A DNA stretch of 64,000 nt from assembly GCA_037445715.1 (NCBI GenBank), contig JBBIJZ010000001.1:34364-98363 (forward strand). Reading direction: 5' to 3'. This document shows positions 27,407-38,400 of the stretch, piece after piece (the first letter of the stretch is position 1; every line of letters starts with the position of its first letter). A program made the translations under genes and the position numbers. The notes beneath the pieces were generated by a model. It was not told the origin of the DNA, ran no database searches, and saw nothing but the letters and a program-made list of their open reading frames with translations. This stretch comes from Verrucomicrobiales bacterium (GTDB lineage: Bacteria; Verrucomicrobiota; Verrucomicrobiia; Limisphaerales; J093).

Positions 27407-28357
27407 TCACGGGGTTAGCCACCGCAACCCCACTTGAATCCAGCCGGGCATGGTCAGCAGCGAAAGGGCCGTGGTGACCACCACCACGCGCAGGGCGGTA
27501 ACCACGTCGCCGCCGTAATGTCGGGCCATCACGATCGGGAAAACCGCCGCCGGCATGGCGGCTTGCAGCACGACCACGCGCCGGAGCTCCGTGGAAAGCG
27601 GTAGCAACCAGCCCAACGCCAAGAACAACAGCGGCAACAGGCCAAGTCGCAACAGACTGGCAACGACCATGGTCTCGATTCCCTTTGTCCAGGGCAATGC
27701 TGGAAGATGGTCGGCCATGGTGGCGCCGATCAGCAGCATTCCCAGCGGGATGGCGCATTGTCCCAGCAAATGCGCCGCGTTTCGCGCAAACGCGGGGATC
27801 CACAGATCGGCGCCGAGGGCGTTGATCAGCACCGCTGTTACAATGGCCAGCACGGGTGGGCTGAGCAGCTTGCGCCATTGGCGACGCGGGTCCATGCCGG
27901 TCAACAGTGGCAGCCCGAACAACCACAACGCCAGTTCCACGCCCAGGTTGTGAACAAACAGCACGGCTACGGTGGCCTGGTCAAACAAGCTGACGGCCAG
28001 GGGAAGTGGGATGTAGCCGTAATTGTAAACGGCGACCGTGAAGGCAAAGGTTTTTCGGCCAACAGGATGGGCGGACGGTAGCCATTTTGCCGCCAACAAG
28101 CCCGCCACGACACCAAGCCCCACGGTTCCGAAGCCCACAACCGGAGCCCACACCACGTTACCCAGAGTGGCCACGGCGGGGTTGCCCAACAGGGAATCCA
28201 TCGCCAGGCAGGGGATCATAACGTTGATGGTCACGCGCAAGAGGCTGGTGTCGGCCTCCTCGGTCAGCCAGCCCAACCGGCGCAGCACGAATCCTGCACC
28301 GATTAGAACGAACACCGGGAGAACCGCCTGAAAAACAGTGACAAATTCATGCATCAA
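27407..28357 (-). CDS. AEC-family (auxin efflux carrier-type) membrane transporter
   Basis: ~10 hydrophobic segments. N-terminus VLPVFVLIGAGFVLRRLGWL...LLRVTINVMIPCL is typical of the family. Confidence 0.8.
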   Translation of the reverse strand: MMHEFVTVFQAVLPVFVLIGAGFVLRRLGWLTEEADTSLLRVTINVMIPCLAMDSLLGNPAVATLGNVVWAPVVGFGTVGLGVVAGLLAAKWLPSAHPVGRKTFAFTVAVYNYGYIPLPLAVSLFDQATVAVLFVHNLGVELALWLFGLPLLTGMDPRRQWRKLLSPPVLAIVTAVLINALGADLWIPAFARNAAHLLGQCAIPLGMLLIGATMADHLPALPWTKGIETMVVASLLRLGLLPLLFLALGWLLPLSTELRRVVVLQAAMPAAVFPIVMARHYGGDVVTALRVVVVTTALSLLTMPGWIQVGLRWLTP

Positions 28358-28829
28358 GACGCCAAAAGCCTAGACATTTTCAATCCCACGCCGAAAGCCA
28401 ATTTCAGGGCAAGGCAGGGGAGAAGCCAAGGTTTCAGTCGTCCTGATTTGTGCCAACCTGGACAAAACGAACCAATTGCTGCGCCATAGGTACGCCAGGA
28501 GGCACACTCGAGCCGTTAAAGCGACAGCGATTCTACGGGCATTTCGGCCGGATTCGGGACATTCCCGACGTCGGCACCGATATTGCTAGTTACCAAGGCA
28601 GAACCAGCGTCGGGTTTCTGCGACGGAAATCGGCTGAATCCCGCCGCTCCTGCGATCACCGCAGGCGCAAATGGTCCTCTGTGGCCTACTTTCGGCGGCC
28701 TTTGGGCTGCCGACCCACCTTGTCAACGTCGCCTGGCGGTCCCGGAAACGGGGCCGCCAGTTCTCCTTTGGGAAGCGGAGGTTCAATGCAGACTTGCGGC
28801 TCGAACTGACTGTGGTCAGGCTGACGGTC

Positions 28830-30311
28830 ATGCCTGTACCGGTCTTGACCGTGGCTCAAATGCGCGCTTGGGAAACGGCGTCCTGGCAGGCCGGCCGCAA
28901 AGAATCCGAGGTCATAGCACGGGTGGGCCAATTGCTGGCAGTCCGACTGTACGTGCTGACCGCCCCCGGCGATCGGATATTGGTGCTCGCGGGCCGGGGG
29001 CACAACGGCGATGACGCACGAGCTGCGGCAGGTCAGCTCCGGGAGCGAGGGGATCGCCAAATTGAGCTGATCGAGGTGACCGATCCCGAGGGCGCAATGA
29101 GTGTCCTGAATTCGGCCCTCTCCCGGCGGCCGGCCTGGGTGGTGGACGGATTGTTTGGGATTGGGCTAAATCGCCCGTTGAGTCCCGAATGGACCCGCTT
29201 GATCCAAGCTGTAAACGACTCCAAGCTGCAGGTTTTGGCGGTGGATGTCCCCTCGGGATTGAACGCCCAAACCGGCGAGACCTGGGGCGTGGCAGTGCAA
29301 GCCTGCCTGACTGTCTCTGTGGGAGCGCCCAAGGTCGGTTTGCTGCGGCCAGAGGCCTGGCCGTACACCGGGCGTGTGGCGGTTGAGCCGGAAATTGGCC
29401 TCATACCGGCACCGCAGGAAGCCGAACTTTGGTGGACGCTCCCCGAGGATTTCACGGACTTCCCACCACCAGCCCCGGTAGCCAGCCACAAGGGCGATCG
29501 TGGGCACCTTCTGATCTTCGCCGGGTCCCGAGGATACCACGGAGCGGCGGTGCTGGCCGCCCGGGCTGCCCAGCGTGCCCGGCCGGGCCTGATTGCGCTG
29601 GGCACGATGCCGGAAGTTTATGTACCGATCGCCAGCCAGTTGCAGGCGGTGATGGTGGACGATTGGCGTGCGGTCCTGACAAAAATGCCGCGGGCCACGG
29701 CCTGTTTGATTGGGCCGGGGCTGGCCTCGACCGATGTACCCGCGGATGTTCGGGAGATGGCAGTGAGGCTTTGGCGAACAGCCCCAATTCCCGTGATTGT
29801 GGATGCCAGTGCGCTTGACTGGTTGCCCTGCAGCTCCGAGGCGGTGCCGGCCCTGCGGGTGATTACCCCGCACTTGGGCGAAGCGGCGCGCATGCTGGGG
29901 TGTTCGGCGGATGAGGTTCAGCATGATCGTCCAGCCGCGCTTCGGGCACTGTCGAAAAGCCGCGGCGGATGCTGGGTGGTCTTAAAGGGTTTTCAAACCT
30001 TGGTCGGACAATGCCAGGGGGTGATTTGGCTCAACTCTTCGGGTGACGCAGCTTTGGCTCAAGGTGGGACCGGCGATATCTTGGCCGGATATTTGGCTGG
30101 TTTGTTGGCTCAACCCGAGTTGATTTCGCAGACAGCAACCACCATCCGGTACGCTGTTTGGCAACACGGGGCCGCATCAGACAATGCTAAAACTATTGGC
30201 CACCAATACGTTCCTGAAGAATTGCTGGCTTACCTGGCCGTCAAGAATCCGCGCCATGGGTTTAAACACTTCAGCGGATTCTTAACCCAAGGGGATCTAT
30301 CCAGCGCATAG
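28830..30311 (+). CDS. nnr: Bifunctional NAD(P)H-hydrate repair enzyme Nnr (epimerase + ADP-dependent dehydratase)
   Basis: N-terminal YjeF_N (LTVAQMRAWE..., GRGHNGDDARAAAG). C-terminal carbohydrate-kinase domain (HKGDRGHLLIFAGSRGYHGAAVLAARAA, GGTGDILAG). Confidence 0.9.
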   Translation: MPVPVLTVAQMRAWETASWQAGRKESEVIARVGQLLAVRLYVLTAPGDRILVLAGRGHNGDDARAAAGQLRERGDRQIELIEVTDPEGAMSVLNSALSRRPAWVVDGLFGIGLNRPLSPEWTRLIQAVNDSKLQVLAVDVPSGLNAQTGETWGVAVQACLTVSVGAPKVGLLRPEAWPYTGRVAVEPEIGLIPAPQEAELWWTLPEDFTDFPPPAPVASHKGDRGHLLIFAGSRGYHGAAVLAARAAQRARPGLIALGTMPEVYVPIASQLQAVMVDDWRAVLTKMPRATACLIGPGLASTDVPADVREMAVRLWRTAPIPVIVDASALDWLPCSSEAVPALRVITPHLGEAARMLGCSADEVQHDRPAALRALSKSRGGCWVVLKGFQTLVGQCQGVIWLNSSGDAALAQGGTGDILAGYLAGLLAQPELISQTATTIRYAVWQHGAASDNAKTIGHQYVPEELLAYLAVKNPRHGFKHFSGFLTQGDLSSA

Positions 30312-30392
30312 TTTTTAGGGTAAATTCACAAGGTCTTGATGTTCAGCTATAAAGAACGCAGGATTCCCGGTGAAAAACCTGCAAAAAAGGCA

Positions 30393-30421
30393 TTGACTTT
30401 CCGGGGCGGGCTTTCTAGTTT
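30393..30421 (+). promoter_or_regulatory. Candidate sigma70-type promoter (TTGACT, 17 nt, TAGTTT) with upstream A-tract
   Basis: -35 at 30393-30398 and -10 at 30416-30421. It is preceded by gaaaaacctgcaaaaaagg in an unusually AT-rich spacer. Confidence 0.4.
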
Positions 30422-30447
30422 GCGCGTCTTGTTATTGATCGGACATG

Positions 30448-30489
30448 CCGTACGCGACGGCAAGTGGGGCCGTGCGTACGGTTTGTTGT
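30448..30489 (+). terminator. Intrinsic-terminator-like hairpin (13-bp stem with one bulge) followed by TTTGTTGT
   Basis: CCGTACGC-g-ACGGC / GCCGT-GCGTACGG around a 7-nt loop, then a T-rich run. It lies 137 nt after the nnr stop and 34 nt before tRNA-Thr. Confidence 0.55.
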
Positions 30490-30522
30490 CCTTCAAAACA
30501 AGGCATTTGCGAGACAAACGAT

Positions 30523-30598
<76 letters not shown>

Positions 30599-30632
30599 CC
30601 GATTCAGCGTCACACAACAACCGAAAGCAAAA

Positions 30633-31823
30633 ATGGCTAAAGAGCAATTCCAACGGACCAAGCCGCACGTCAACATCGGCACCATCGGCCACATTGACCA
30701 CGGCAAATCCACCCTGACCGCGGCAATCGTGGCGACTCAGGCCCGCAAGGGGTTGGCGACGCCGATTTCTTACTCGGACATCACCAAGGGAGGTACGGTG
30801 CGCGACGAAACCAAGACGGTCACCATCGCCATCTCCCACGTCGAGTACCAAAGCGAAAAGCGGCACTACGCCCACGTGGACTGTCCCGGCCACGCCGACT
30901 ACATCAAGAACATGATTACGGGGGCGGCTCAGATGGACGGAGCCATCTTGGTGGTGGATGCCGCCGAAGGTCCCATGCCCCAGACCAAGGAACACGTGTT
31001 GCTGGCCCGCCAGGTCGGCGTACCGGCCATCGTGGTTTACCTCAACAAGGTGGACCTGGTGGACGACCCCGAACTGTTGGATCTGGTGGAAATGGAGTTG
31101 CGCGACCTTTTGACCAAGTACGAATTCCCCGGCGACAAGACCCCGATTATTCGGGGGAGCGCCAAGGCGGCCCTGGCGGGGGACCCGAAGGGCGAAGAGT
31201 CCATCCAAAAACTGCTCGAAGCGGTGGACGAATTCATCCCGCTGCCGGTGCGCGAGGTGGACAAGCCGTTCCTGATGAGCATCGAGGACGTGTTCAACAT
31301 CGAAGGCCGGGGCACGGTGGTCACCGGCCGTGTTGAACGCGGGGTCCTGGAGCGAATGTCCGAAGTGGAAATCGTCGGCTTGCGGGAAACCCGCAAGACC
31401 GTGGCCACGGACATCGAAATGTTCCGTAAGCTCCTGGACAAGGCCCAGGCCGGCGACAACGTCGGTGTGCTGCTGCGCGGCACCAAGAAGGATGAGGTGG
31501 AGCGGGGCATGGTGCTGGCCAAGCCGGGGACCATTACGCCCCATACCCACTTCAAGGCCGAGGTTTACGTGCTTTCCAAGGAAGAAGGTGGTCGGCACAC
31601 GCCGTTCTTCAGCAACTATCGGCCGCAGTTTTACTTCCGCACCACGGACGTGACCGGGACCATCACCCTCCCGCCGGGGGTGGAAATGGTGATGCCCGGC
31701 GACAACGTCTCGGTGGAGGTCAAGGTCATTGCCCCCATCGCCATGGAACGCGGGCAACGGTTTGCCATCCGCGAAGGTGGGCGGACGATTGGGGCCGGCC
31801 GGGTGACCGAGATTCTTGAATAA
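30633..31823 (+). CDS. tuf: Elongation factor Tu
   Basis: [24 protein letters not shown] and a full-length EF-Tu pattern. Confidence 0.98.
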   Translation: MAKEQFQRTKPHVNIGTIGHIDHGKSTLTAAIVATQARKGLATPISYSDITKGGTVRDETKTVTIAISHVEYQSEKRHYAHVDCPGHADYIKNMITGAAQMDGAILVVDAAEGPMPQTKEHVLLARQVGVPAIVVYLNKVDLVDDPELLDLVEMELRDLLTKYEFPGDKTPIIRGSAKAALAGDPKGEESIQKLLEAVDEFIPLPVREVDKPFLMSIEDVFNIEGRGTVVTGRVERGVLERMSEVEIVGLRETRKTVATDIEMFRKLLDKAQAGDNVGVLLRGTKKDEVERGMVLAKPGTITPHTHFKAEVYVLSKEEGGRHTPFFSNYRPQFYFRTTDVTGTITLPPGVEMVMPGDNVSVEVKVIAPIAMERGQRFAIREGGRTIGAGRVTEILE

Positions 31824-31882
31824 CTCGGTTGCCAAAACGGCGAAATCAAATCAATATCATGGCGCACGGTTTTCAGGCAGTC

Positions 31883-31958
31883 AGGGCGGTAGCTCAATTG
31901 GCAGAGTAGCGGTCTCCAAAACCGTCGGTTGGGGGTTCGAGTCCCTCCCGCCCTGCCA
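31883..31958 (+). tRNA. tRNA-Trp (anticodon CCA), CCA encoded
   Basis: Acceptor AGGGCGG/CCGCCCT, anticodon loop CTCCAAA, T-loop TTCGAGT. It sits in the canonical tuf-tRNA-Trp-secE position. Confidence 0.9.
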
Positions 31959-31962
31959 GCTT

Positions 31963-32052
31963 GGAGGGGTGGCAGAGTGGTCGAATGCGGCGGTCTTGAA
32001 AACCGTTGTGGGCTTGCACCCACCGGGGGTTCGAATCCCTCCCCCTCCGCCA
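31963..32052 (+). tRNA. tRNA-Ser (anticodon UGA), long variable arm, CCA encoded
   Basis: Acceptor GGAGGGG/CCCCTCC, D-arm GCA-GAGTGGTCGAA-TGC, anticodon loop CTTGAAA, long variable arm TGTGGGCTTGCACCCACCG, T-loop TTCGAAT. Confidence 0.85.
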
Positions 32053-32059
32053 ACTGCAA

Positions 32060-32332
32060 ATGATTGTGCGAGAATACATTACATTGATCCTGTGGGTCTT
32101 GATCATTGGGGGCGCGTTTGCCTACCTTTGGCGCAAGGGCCACTTGATGCGCCTGGGCACTTACGTGGCCGAGACGCGGGAAGAGTTGCGCAAATGCACC
32201 TGGCCCTCGGTGGACGAGCTTAAAGGGTCCACCTTGGTGGTGATGATCACCATCGCGCTTTTGGCCGTGTTCACCATGGTCTCGGACTTCATCATCCTGA
32301 AGATTGTGCGGGGGATTCTGCCCAAACTTTGA
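32060..32332 (+). CDS. secE: Preprotein translocase subunit SecE
   Basis: Conserved position. ETREELRKCTWPSVDELKGSTLVVMITIALLAVF matches the SecE core plus a TM helix. The start was placed after the tRNA (ATG 32060). Confidence 0.85.
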   Translation: MIVREYITLILWVLIIGGAFAYLWRKGHLMRLGTYVAETREELRKCTWPSVDELKGSTLVVMITIALLAVFTMVSDFIILKIVRGILPKL

Positions 32333-32364
32333 GCCCGGACGGCGCGACGCCAACCCCCACCAAC

Positions 32365-32913
32365 ATGCGCAGCCAGTGGTTTGTCATCCATACGCTTTCC
32401 GGCCAGGAAATGAAGGTCAAGGAGAGCATCGAAAAGCGCCTCAAAGCCGAGGAAATGGGCGAATACATTCACGAGGTCCTGGTACCGATTGAGAAAGTGG
32501 CCGAAGTCCGGGGCGGCAAAAAGACCGTGACTTCGCGCAAACTGTATCCCGGCTACGTGTTCATCAACATGGTCCTTCTGGACGAAAATCAGCGCCTGAT
32601 TGAAAAACCCTGGTACTTCATCCGCGAAACCCCCGGCATAATCGGGTTCGTGGGCGGGGATCGCCCCACGCCGACCAGCCAGGAGGAAATTGACCACATC
32701 AAAGCCCAGATTTCGGAATCCGAAGAGTCCGAGCGTCCGAAGGTCAGCTTCGAGGTGGGTGAGACGGTCAAGATCAACGACGGACCGTTCCTCAATTTCA
32801 ACGGGGTCATCGAGGAAGTGGACCCCGAACGCGGCAAGGTCAAGGTCACCGTGAACATTTTCGGCCGGAGCACGCCCGTCGAGCTGGAGTATTGGCAGCT
32901 CGAAAAAGTTTGA
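32365..32913 (+). CDS. nusG: Transcription termination/antitermination factor NusG
   Basis: [23 protein letters not shown]-terminal [24 protein letters not shown]. An alternative TTG start lies at 32329. Confidence 0.95.
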   Translation: MRSQWFVIHTLSGQEMKVKESIEKRLKAEEMGEYIHEVLVPIEKVAEVRGGKKTVTSRKLYPGYVFINMVLLDENQRLIEKPWYFIRETPGIIGFVGGDRPTPTSQEEIDHIKAQISESEESERPKVSFEVGETVKINDGPFLNFNGVIEEVDPERGKVKVTVNIFGRSTPVELEYWQLEKV

Positions 32914-32966
32914 ACCGCGCCCGGGGATTCTCCGCGCCGAGACACCAGCAACCGTCTCCACACAAC

Positions 32967-33392
32967 ATGGCAAAAAAAGCAGTCGGCCAGATCAAACTTC
33001 AGATTCCCGCCGGGCAGGCCAACCCCGCCCCCCCGGTGGGCCCGGCCCTGGGTCAACACGGCGTGAACATCATGGCCTTTTGCAAGGAGTTCAATGCCCG
33101 CACCAAGGACCAGGCCGGCATGATCGTCCCGGTGGTCATCACCGTGTACCAGGACAAGTCCTTCAGCTTCATCACCAAATCCCCGCCGGCCGCCGTCCTG
33201 TTGAAAAAAGCGGCCGGGATCGCCACCGGTTCCAAGACCCCGAACAAGGAAAAAGTGGGCAAGGTGACCCGTAAACAGATTCTCGACATCGTGAAGATCA
33301 AGCAAGCCGACCTCAATGCCACCAGCGAAGAAGCAGCGGTTCGGATCATTGCCGGTACCGCCCGCAGCATGGGCATTGAGGTGGTGAATTAA
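32967..33392 (+). CDS. rplK: 50S ribosomal protein L11
   Basis: [34 protein letters not shown]. Confidence 0.97.
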   Translation: MAKKAVGQIKLQIPAGQANPAPPVGPALGQHGVNIMAFCKEFNARTKDQAGMIVPVVITVYQDKSFSFITKSPPAAVLLKKAAGIATGSKTPNKEKVGKVTRKQILDIVKIKQADLNATSEEAAVRIIAGTARSMGIEVVN

Positions 33393-33437
33393 CCGCAACG
33401 CGGGAGAGCCGGTCGGCTCGTCAGCACCGCCACGCTT

Positions 33438-34142
33438 ATGCCTCGAAAACCCAGCAAACGTTACCGCAAGGCGCTCGGCATGTACGACGCCGCCAAGGTT
33501 TACCCGCTGCCGCAGGCGGTGGACCTGTTGGTCTCCTTCCCGCGCGCCCGCTTCAACGAAACCGTCGAACTGGCCTTCCGCCTGGGCGTGGACACCAAGC
33601 AGTCGGACCAAATGGTCCGCGGCACCGTGCCGCTCCCCCACGGCAGCGGCAAGGTCGTCCGTGTGGCCGTCTTCGCCAAACCCGGGGCGGCGGCGGATGC
33701 CGCCCGGGCCGCCGGAGCCGAGTTTGTCGGTTTTGAGGACCTGATCAAAAAGTGCCAGGAAGGTTGGGCCGACTTTGACGTGGCCATTGCCACACCCGAG
33801 GCCATGACCGAGGTGCGCAAACTGGGCAAGGTGCTCGGCCCGCGCGGTCTCATGCCCAACCCCAAGACGGGCACGGTGACCGACGACACCGCCAAGGCCG
33901 TGCGCGAAGTGAAGGCCGGGCGCGTCGAGTTCAAGATTGACAAGGCCGGCAACGTGCACGTGCCCATCGGCAAGTTGTCCTTTTCACCGCAGCAAATTGT
34001 GGAAAATGCGCAGGCCGTGATTGACGCCGTCGTGCGCGCCCGTCCGGCCAGCGTGCGCGGGACTTACCTGCGCTCGTGCGTGCTCACCAGCACCATGAAT
34101 CCGGGCATTCGCCTGGATGTGCGGACCCTCGGCCACGCTTAA
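33438..34142 (+). CDS. rplA: 50S ribosomal protein L1
   Basis: FNETVELAFRLGVDTKQSDQMVRGTVPLPHGSGK. Confidence 0.97.
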   Translation: MPRKPSKRYRKALGMYDAAKVYPLPQAVDLLVSFPRARFNETVELAFRLGVDTKQSDQMVRGTVPLPHGSGKVVRVAVFAKPGAAADAARAAGAEFVGFEDLIKKCQEGWADFDVAIATPEAMTEVRKLGKVLGPRGLMPNPKTGTVTDDTAKAVREVKAGRVEFKIDKAGNVHVPIGKLSFSPQQIVENAQAVIDAVVRARPASVRGTYLRSCVLTSTMNPGIRLDVRTLGHA

Positions 34143-34157
34143 ACCCCGGAGAATGCC

Positions 34158-34670
34158 ATGCGACCCGAGAAGCAATTCCTGACCCGCGAATACCTCGCCC
34201 GCCTCAACGCCTCGCCATTTTTCATCGTGGTGGAGTACAAGGGCCTGAACGTGGCCCAGTTTGGCGAACTGCGCCGGCGTTTGAGCAGGGCGGGGGCCGA
34301 AATCCACGTCGTCAAGAACACCATTTTCCGCATTGCCGCGCGCGAGGCGGGTTTGCCGGACCTCAACGGCCTGTTGGTGGGCCAGTTGGCGGTGGTCACC
34401 GGCCAGCGCGATGTCAGCGCCGCGGCCAAGGTGCTCAAGACCTTTCAGGCCGAATTCGACAAGCCCAAAATCCAATTTGGCGGAATGGGCAATCAACGGC
34501 TGGACCGGGAGACCATCCTGGCCCTGGCAGACCTGCCCTCGTTGGAAGTGCTCCGCGGGCGGCTGCTCGGTCTGTTGCAGGCGCCCGCCGCCCAACTGGT
34601 GCGCCTGCTCAACACCCCGGCCACGCAACTGGCCCGGGTGCTCCAGGCGCGCGTCGAGAAAGGCGCCTAG
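34158..34670 (+). CDS. rplJ: 50S ribosomal protein L10
   Basis: Position and L10 pattern (FFIVVEYKGLNVAQFGELRRRL...VVKNT). Confidence 0.93.
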   Translation: MRPEKQFLTREYLARLNASPFFIVVEYKGLNVAQFGELRRRLSRAGAEIHVVKNTIFRIAAREAGLPDLNGLLVGQLAVVTGQRDVSAAAKVLKTFQAEFDKPKIQFGGMGNQRLDRETILALADLPSLEVLRGRLLGLLQAPAAQLVRLLNTPATQLARVLQARVEKGA

Positions 34671-34808
34671 TCCCATGCGAATTTCGCCGCCGCATTTGGC
34701 GCGGGGGCGAGTACAACACGAACCCCAAAAAGTAAATCGTCGGGCCCGCGGGCAGCGGGCTGAAAGCCTTCGCGGCCGCGGAGGACGACGAGACTGAAAG
34801 GCAAGAAC

Positions 34809-35201
34809 ATGGCAGACATCGCAGCGTTGGTGGATCAGTTGAGCAAGCTCACGGTGCTGGAAACCGCCGAGCTGGTCAAAAAACTCGAAGAAACCTGGGG
34901 CGTCACCGCCGCCGCGCCGGTGGCCGTGGCCGCCGCCGCCCCCGCCGCGGGTGCCGCCGCGGCGACACCGGCCGAGGAAGCCAAGACCACGTTCGACGTG
35001 ATCCTGGCCTCTGCCCCGGCGGACAAGAAAATTGCCGTCATCAAGGCGGTACGCGAAATCAAGGCCGGCCTGGGTTTGGCCGAGGCCAAGAAACTGGTCG
35101 AAGAAGCGCCCAAGCCCGTGCTCGAGGGCGCCAGCAAACAGGACGCCGAGGCGGCCAAGAAGAAACTCGAGGACGCCGGCGCCAAGGTAGAAATCAAGTA
35201 A
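34809..35201 (+). CDS. rplL: 50S ribosomal protein L7/L12
   Basis: Ala-rich hinge, then [25 protein letters not shown]...[15 protein letters not shown]. Confidence 0.97.
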   Translation: MADIAALVDQLSKLTVLETAELVKKLEETWGVTAAAPVAVAAAAPAAGAAAATPAEEAKTTFDVILASAPADKKIAVIKAVREIKAGLGLAEAKKLVEEAPKPVLEGASKQDAEAAKKKLEDAGAKVEIK

Positions 35202-35411
35202 TCTCGTGGCGGGACCGGGGGACGGTCCGCCGGGCCGTTCCCCGGATGCCCACCTGCGGTTTTGCCCAACGACATCAAGACGCTGTTACACCACCACCGG
35301 TATGAACCCGGGCCGGGGTCACCCGCGGCGCCACCGCGGCGACGGGGTGGTTTTTGCATTTCTGGTCCCGCGCGGACCATCGGTTGAACCTGCGGTAATT
35401 TGACCAAGCCT

Positions 35412-38400
35412 ATGCCTGCGAAAGGAACAGAACGCATCAATTTCGGACGGATTCGCGAAGTGGTTCCTCCCCCGAACCTCATCGAAATCCAAAGCGACTC
35501 GTACCGGGAGTTCCTCCAGGCAGACGTGCCGCCGGCCAAGCGCCGTAACATCGGCCTGCAGGCCGTCTTCACCGAGGTCTTCCCGATCGAAAGCTACGAC
35601 GGCAAAACCCGGCTTGAGTTTGTCAGCTACGAAATCGGCGAGCCCAAGGTGGACTGGCTGGAATGTCTCCGCGAAGGGCTGACTTACGGCGCGCCCCTGC
35701 ACGTCAAGTTCCGCCTTCGAGAAGAAAACAGCTCCAAGGAAGAGGACGTGTTCATGGGCGAACTGCCCCTGATGACCCCCCAGGGCACCTTCGTCATCAA
35801 CGGCGCCGAGCGCGTCATTGTCAGCCAGTTGCACCGTTCCCCGGGCATTGCCTTCGAGGCCACCCAGCACGCCAATGGCAAGATGTTGCACTCGTTCCGG
35901 ATCATCCCGGACCGGGGCTCCTGGTACGAGGCCCAGTTTGACACCAACGACCTGCTTTACGTTTACCTCGACCGCAAAAAGCGGCGTCGCAAGTTTCTCA
36001 CCACCACATTTTTCCGGGCGCTGGCTTTCCTGGATGGCGAAGCCAAGGGCAAGGACATCGAAAAAACCCGGGGGCTGGATGAGGACATCATCAAGCTCTT
36101 CTACGAGGTCAAGGAAATCAGCCTCAAACAGGCCGAGAACCTCGAGAACCTCCCCAACCTGGTCCTGATCCAGGACGTGACCGACGCCGAGAAAAACCTC
36201 GTTGTGGCCCGGGCGTTCGAGCCGCTGTCCAGGACCGTGCTCAAGCAGATTGCCGAGACCGGTCTGACCAAAATCCGGGTGGTGGACACCTCCCTGGATG
36301 ACGGCCTGATCATCAAGTGCCTCAAGAAGGACCCCACCAAGAACGAGGACGACGCCCTCAAGGAAATTTACCGGCGCCTGCGGCCGGGCGACCCGCCCAC
36401 CACGGCCAACGCCCGGGCGTTGATCAAACGGCTGTTCTTCGATCCCAAGCGTTACGACCTGGGCCGGGTTGGTCGCTACAAGATCAACCAAAAGCTCGCG
36501 AAAATGGGGCTCAGTGACAAGGAGGAGTCCCGGGTGCTGACCAAGCGCGACCTGGTGGCCGCCAGCAAATACCTCATCCAGCTCAAACGCGGCGAGGGCT
36601 CGGTGGACGACATTGACCACCTGGGGAGCCGCCGGGTCCGCACGGTGGGCGAACTGCTCGCCAACCAGTGCCGCGTGGGGCTGGCCCGCACCGAACGCCT
36701 GGTCAAGGAGCGCATGACCCTCTTCGACCAGAGCGTGGACACGATGACGCCGCAAAAGCTCATCAATCCCAAGGCACTCTCGGCGGTGGTGCGCGATTTC
36801 TTCGGGCGCAGCCAGCTCAGCCAGTTCATGGACCAGATCAATCCCCTGGCCGAGCTGACCCACAAGCGCCGCCTCTCGGCGCTGGGGCCGGGCGGGTTGT
36901 CGCGCGACCGGGCCGGCTTCGAGGTCCGGGACGTGCATCCCTCGCACTACGGCCGCATCTGCCCGATTGAAACGCCGGAAGGACCGAACATCGGCCTGAT
37001 TGCGTCGCTGGCCACTTTTGCCCGTGTCAATGACTTCGGGTTTATCGAGGCCCCCTACCGCAAGGTGGTCAAAGGGCGCGTCACCAACGAAATCGAGTAC
37101 CTGACCGCGGATCGTGAGGAGCAGTTCGTCATTGCGCAGGCCAACGCGCCCCTGGACGAAAAGGGCCACTTCCTCACCGAGAAGGTGACCTGTCGCCACA
37201 AAGGCGACTTCCTGGATGTTGACCCCGAGCGGGTGGACTACATGGATGTCTCGCCCAAGCAGTTGGTCTCGGTGGCCGCCGGCCTGATTCCGTTCCTCGA
37301 GCACGACGACGCCAACCGGGCCTTGATGGGCTCGAACATGCAGCGGCAGGCCGTGCCCCTGTTGCAGACCGAGCCGCCCCTGGTCGCGGCCGGCCTGGAA
37401 GAACGGGTGGCGCGGGACTCCCGTGCCGTGGTCGTGGCCGAGGAATCCGGGAAGGTGGCCTCGGTGACGGCCAACCAGATCATCATCACCCCGGACGGCA
37501 AGCTGCCCGAGGGCAAAAAGAAGATCAAAACCGATCCCGCCGCCGGCGTCCACGTGTACTCCTTGCGCAAATTCATGCGCTCGAACGCGGCCACGTGCAT
37601 CAATCAGCGCGCCATTGTCCGCAAGGGGGACACGGTCAAGAAGGGACAGGTCATTGCCGACGGCCCGTGCACCCACCACGGCGAGCTGGCCCTGGGGCGC
37701 AACGTGCTCGTGGCCTTCATGCCCTGGAACGGCTACAACTTCGAGGACGCCATCATGATCAGCGAGCGCATCGTCAAAGATGACGTCTTCACCTCCATTC
37801 ACATCGAGGAGTTCGAGGTCAGCGCCCGCGACACCAAGCTCGGTCCCGAGGAAATCACCCGCGACATTCCCAACCTGGGCGAAGAAGCGCTCAAAAATCT
37901 CGGCCTTGACGGCGTCATCCGGGTGGGGGCCGAGGTCAAACCCGGTGACATCCTGGTGGGCAAGATCACGCCCAAGTCCGAAACCGAGTTGGCGCCGGAA
38001 GAGCGGCTCTTGCGGGCGATCTTTGGCGAGAAAGCCGCGGACGTGAAGGACACCTCGCTCAAGGTGCCCTCGGGCACCTACGGGATTGTCATGGACGTCA
38101 AAATCTCCTCGAAGAAGGACACCGAGCGCGAAAAAGAGAAAAGCGCCGCCAGCAGCGATGCCCGCAAGCATGCCAAGCAGGTCGAGGAGGAATACAAGAA
38201 GAAGCACGAAGAGCTCCGGGACCAGTTGACCGAGGCCCTCTCCAACATCCTGCTCGGCGAGAAAATCCCCCTCGATGTGGTCAACAGCGAAAGCGGCGAA
38301 ATCATCATCCCGGCGAACCGCAAGATCACCAAGACCCTCCTGCGCAAGCTGGCGCAGGTCTACGACAAGATCGAAATTGATCCCTCCCCCATTCGGAACA

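Noticed and set aside
31963-32052. A possible selenocysteine tRNA, given the long variable arm and 'TGA' in the anticodon loop.
   Set aside because: The anticodon read 5'-3' is UGA (decoding UCN Ser), not UCA. The acceptor stem is 7 bp, and the D-arm and variable arm fit class-II tRNA-Ser. There are no selA/selB genes or SECIS context nearby.
35209-35232. A hairpin GGCGG-g-ACCG...CGGTCCGCC after rplL, considered as the rplL-rpoB attenuator.
   Set aside because: The stem is plausible, but no U-tract follows it. I cannot support a terminator call from the sequence alone.
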